Part shown: one piece after another, positions 59,984 to 64,000 of the stretch
How positions within the stretch are numbered: position 1 is the first letter of the stretch
Layout of the letters: each line of letters opens with the position of its first letter
NCBI GenBank assembly: GCA_030704615.1
Contig: CM060732.1
Coordinates: 12,400,001-12,464,000, forward strand
Origin: Takakia lepidozioides
Lineage: Eukaryota; Plantae; Bryophyta
DNA: 64,000 nucleotides
Reading direction: 5' to 3'
The notes under the pieces: generated by a model
The model's database searches: none
What the model saw: the letters and a program-made list of their open reading frames with translations, nothing else
What the model was told of the DNA's origin: nothing
Program-made: the position numbers and the translations under genes

Positions 59984-62900
59984 CCTCCAGTGGATGAGGA
60001 AGAAGATGATAATGAGGATGACAGTGACGTGCCTAAAGATGATGAGCCTTGGAGAGATGAGAAGGAACTACACAGGGAAGTGGCAGACACCATAAGGGAA
60101 ATGCAGAAGAATACTGATATTCCCCTGACAGATACTCCTGACTCTGATAGAGAAGATGGAGAGGGTGAAGAGGAAGTGAAGTAAGAAGCTGCACAAGTGC
60201 ACAACAATGAAGGGATTTTGGCTGAAGTAATATGCCAAACCAAAGCTGAGATTACCATTGGACAGCTATTGGCTGTGGCACCTCATTGTAGGCATAGGCT
60301 GTATCAAGCGATTAATCAGATTGCTGATGTGACAGAGAACACAGACTTGAACAGCAAGGTGACAAGCTATAATGTGAAGCCAGAAGGGCGAGAAATAGTC
60401 ATGGACTTTGATGATTCTATGCCAGTAATCCAATTGAGAATCGGAAGCATAGACTTGACCGATGTACTGATAGATGGAGGCTCGGGGTGAATATCATGAC
60501 AGACCAATTAAGGCAGAAGCTTGGTCTCAGTAGTATGAAACCAGCCCCATTCACAGTAACAATGGCAGATCAAAGGAGTGTACAGCCTTTAGGCTTGATA
60601 AAGGGAGTTAAGATACAGATTCAGAAGATGATATTTAAGATCACAGTGACTGTGTTGAAAATGGACGATGTTATGGAAGCTTACTCCTTATTACTGGGTC
60701 GACCATGGCTGAAACAGGCCAGGGTATTCCATGACTGGAATTTCAGTTACTGACTGTACATGATGGGAAGCACAAGATACAGGTCACCACTAAGAAATCC
60801 AGTAGGCTACCTGCTACCAGAAGACCTCGTGGAGTCAGAGAGTATGTCTGGAGGGGAGGACTTGATGAGGAGCAGGAAGCTACCCTGTTTGTTGCACACC
60901 CAGAGTGGGAATAGGTTGCAAAAATGCAACTGGGAGGTCTGAGTTGTTTTAAAGGTATCTGCTGTGGTGCAGTAACAGCCACTCCAATTGAGGGTGAAAC
61001 AAGTAGTTACCCACCACATTTCTATGAGGAAAGAGAGGGAGAATGGAAATCCTAGAAGAACCAGCCACTGTGAGTTTGCAGGATGAAGTAGTGGCTGGAT
61101 GGACAATCACAACTGAGGAGCAGGTGAGAGAAGTGAATGTGGGAACGGAGGAGGAACCAATATTGGTGAAAGTGGGGGCTGATTTGGAGCCAGAATTCTT
61201 TGAGGAAGCCAAGAGTCTGTTCATCAAATACAGAGATGTATTTGCGTGGAGTTATGAGGATCTGAAAGGGATACCACCTGAGATCTGTTAGCATAAGATT
61301 GAATTGGAACCAGGGTCAGTACCAATCACACATGCAAGGTATAGGATGAATCCCAACTATGCACAGAAGGTTGGGGAAGAGATCAAGAAGTTGGCTGAGG
61401 CTAAGTTCATATACCCGATAGAGTATACAACTTGGTTGTCACCCATTGTGATAGTTCCCAGGAAGAATGGTAAACTGAGAGTGTGTGTGAACTATAAGAA
61501 GCTGAATGCTTGTACAAAGAAAGATCATTTTCCCTTGCCATTCATAGAGGCTGTATTGGACACTATGGCTGGCCATGAGATGTACTTATTCATGGATGGC
61601 TTCTGTGGGTATAACCAAGTACAGGTGGCAGAAGAAGACCAGGGAAAGACAGCTTTCATCACAGAGTGGGGTGCTTATGCATACAAAGTCATGCTTTTTG
61701 GACTTTGTAATGCACCAACAACATTTCAAAGAGTGATAAGTTAATCCTTCCATGAGTATCTGGATGATTTCATGCAAGTGTTCTTAGATGATTTCAGTGT
61801 GTACAGTTCTAAGAATGAGCACTTGCATAATTGGAGTTATGTTTGGCTAGATGCAGGATGAGAGGTCTGGGTCTGAATCCAGAAAAATGTACTTTCTGTG
61901 TGAAATCAGGGGTACTTCTGGGACACATTGTGTGTAAGGGATTACTTGTGGACCCTAGAAAGACGGAGGCCGTTAAAGCATCATCACCACCAGGAAATGT
62001 TAAAAGTCTAAGGAGATTCCTTGGACAAACCAGTTATTACAGAAGGTTTGTTAGACGGTATGCACAGATGGCTGCACCTTTGAGCAAGCTTCTGAAGAAG
62101 GATGCAGTGTTTACATGGACAGCTAAATATCAACAGGCTTTTGAGGAACTAACATTGTCAATAACAACTACACCTGTGCTGATTAACCCTCACTGGCACG
62201 TAGTATTTCATGTACACTGTGATGCCTCAGGAGAAGCATTGGGAGTTGTGTTAGCCCAAAATATCACAGGAAATATAGATTCACCTGTGTACTATGCTAG
62301 CAGATTATTCAACAGTGCTGAAAGGAACTATAGCACAACTGAAAGAGAAGCATTGGCAATGATTTATGCAGTCAAGAAATTCAGGCATTACCTATTGGGA
62401 AGGAAGTTTATGTTTTATGTGGATCATCGGGCTTTGATTTATCTGGTGAACAAGCCTTTGATAAGTGGCAGGATAACAAGATGGTTAATAATCTTGCACG
62501 AGTTTGAATTTGAAGTTGTTTACAAGCCTGGCCGTTTGCATCTTGTGGCAGATCACTTGTCACGCCTAACAACAGGAGAGCCCGCCACGGGAGTAGAAGA
62601 CCAATTACCTGATGCGAGTCTATTTGCAGTGGAGGTGCAAGGATGATTGGTTAGATTGGCAGTGGCCAATCAGATACTACCTTACTCATGGTCAGTGCCC
62701 ACCCAGTTATGGGAAAGAACAGAGAAAAAGAATATATAGCTATCATTTACCTTACACTATGATAGGCAGCAGAATGTATAAGCTAGGACCTGATGGAGTT
62801 CTGAAACGATGCTTGTACCACCATGAAGTAAATAAAGTTTTGGAGGAAGTTCATAAATGAGTGGCTGGAGGACATTTTGGAGAGGAGACTACCAGTAGGA

Positions 62901-63052
62901 AGATACTACTTGCAGGTTACTGGTCGCCTACTTTGTTCAAGGATGTACACAAGTATTGCAAGAGTTGTGATGAGTGTCAAAGGCTAGGACCATTGCAGAG
63001 ATCTGGAAAGATGGCTTTGCATCCTACGATGCCTACTGAACCATTTCAGAAG

Positions 63053-64000
63053 CAACGACGCAATGGCGTGAGCGTTGCGCGTGAGCGTTGCGCGAGCGTA
63101 CGCTCACGCCAGCTGACGTGGCGTGAGCCTGCACACACGCTGACGTGGCATGAACGTCATGTCAGCATGCTGATGTGGCGGTAAATGATGACGTGGCACT
63201 GTCCGTCATCTGCCACGTCAACATTAACATGCGCCGCCTATAATAGTGGATGGTCCTATGACCGTGGAATTAATGCAGGGAATCTTGCCTAAATAGAATC
63301 AAGACGAGCGTTGAGGCCTACAATTGCAGCATCCAACATTGTGCAATTACAAATGCTTGTTTCACTTTTACAATTACGAGGACGAAAAAATATCCTCACA
63401 AAGTGTGCGCCATAAAGGCTGCCACGGGAAGACCTTCCTCCCTCCTCAAATAACAATGAGAGTTAGGATCATCTTCAAAAGATGATTGTAGTGCATAGCG
63501 ACAGCAAGACATGTAGACTTCGAACGGTGCAATGACAAATGTGCACTACCTAAAAGTTGTCACTCAGAGCTCACTCCGTACGAATTGATGTGAATTACAC
63601 ATTTCAAATCATGGTCGACCACATACCACATTGCATAGTTGATGCTACCCATGTGTTGTATCCCGCTGCAAAAGAGTATCGACCTCGTTGAAACTCATAG
63701 TGGCCTGGTGAATGAAGTTGTCACGTTTGGGATCGCAAACCATCCTCTTCAAAAATATGAAATACAAATGTTTGCAGGGTATGAATTTACCTCTCTTGCC
63801 CAAACTGGTTGATAGCATATTCACAAAATCAGGACATGTGCAATTGGGGAAATTGGAAACCGTGATGTCTTAGGTCCTGTCATGAACAGCAGATGTGGAA
63901 GTGATGATTGTGAATACCCGACCATATCCTGGATCGGGTCTTCTGTGGTGCTTCCAACACGAGCTTGGAGCATTCTTGCGGACTCCACTTTGCCAAAGTG
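63053..64000 (-). mobile_element. MULE copy 2 (terminus plus SWIM-coding 3' end), runs off the window
   Basis: Near-identical to 41489-42462 apart from a short deletion near 63580. Inserted into the Gypsy integrase. Confidence 0.9.

Larger units (their letters stand above)
53330..63052 (+). mobile_element. Non-chromoviral Ty3/Gypsy (Phygy/Selgy/Athila-like), degenerate; putative 5' LTR from 53330, coding remnants at 59984-63052; hosts chromovirus copy 2 and is cut by MULE copy 2
   Basis: Protease DVLIDGGSG, RT KLRVCVNYKKLNACTKKDHFPLPF...FLDDFSVY, RNase H CDASGEALG...NYSTTEREALA, integrase HHCC start (GGHFG...CDECQR). Linking 53330-54786 (starts TGTAAC) to this element is tentative. Confidence 0.75.

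Overview
This is eukaryotic nuclear DNA from a land plant. PLS-DYW PPR repeats, a Phygy/Selgy-like Gypsy element and RTEX-like LINEs suggest a non-seed lineage (bryophyte, lycophyte or fern; inference). Bases 1-10.5 kb hold the 3' part (17 exons reconstructed by hand, all GT-AG and in frame) of an apparently intact gene for a Patched-type, not NPC1-type, sterol-sensing/RND protein. Its introns carry many LINE 3'-end stubs. Bases 12.7-22.2 kb are a degenerate tandem array of about 20 P-L-S PPR triplets with two E/DYW ends. Bases 22.9-64 kb are a nested transposon pile. It opens with a tRNA-SINE, L1 and Harbinger remnants, and a spliced gene fragment with a ParB/sulfiredoxin-fold signature. A large CACTA element follows, with TnpD, a SET-domain cargo gene and a divergently oriented TnpA. 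Inside it lie a MULE with GCM-like, DDE and SWIM domains (two copies), a Galadriel-like chromovirus (two copies) and a non-chromoviral Gypsy. The most novel candidates are the SET-carrying CACTA, the intron-containing ParB-fold gene, the plant Patched-like gene and the self-stacking LINE 3'-hairpin array. All family assignments come from motif recognition by eye, not from database searches.
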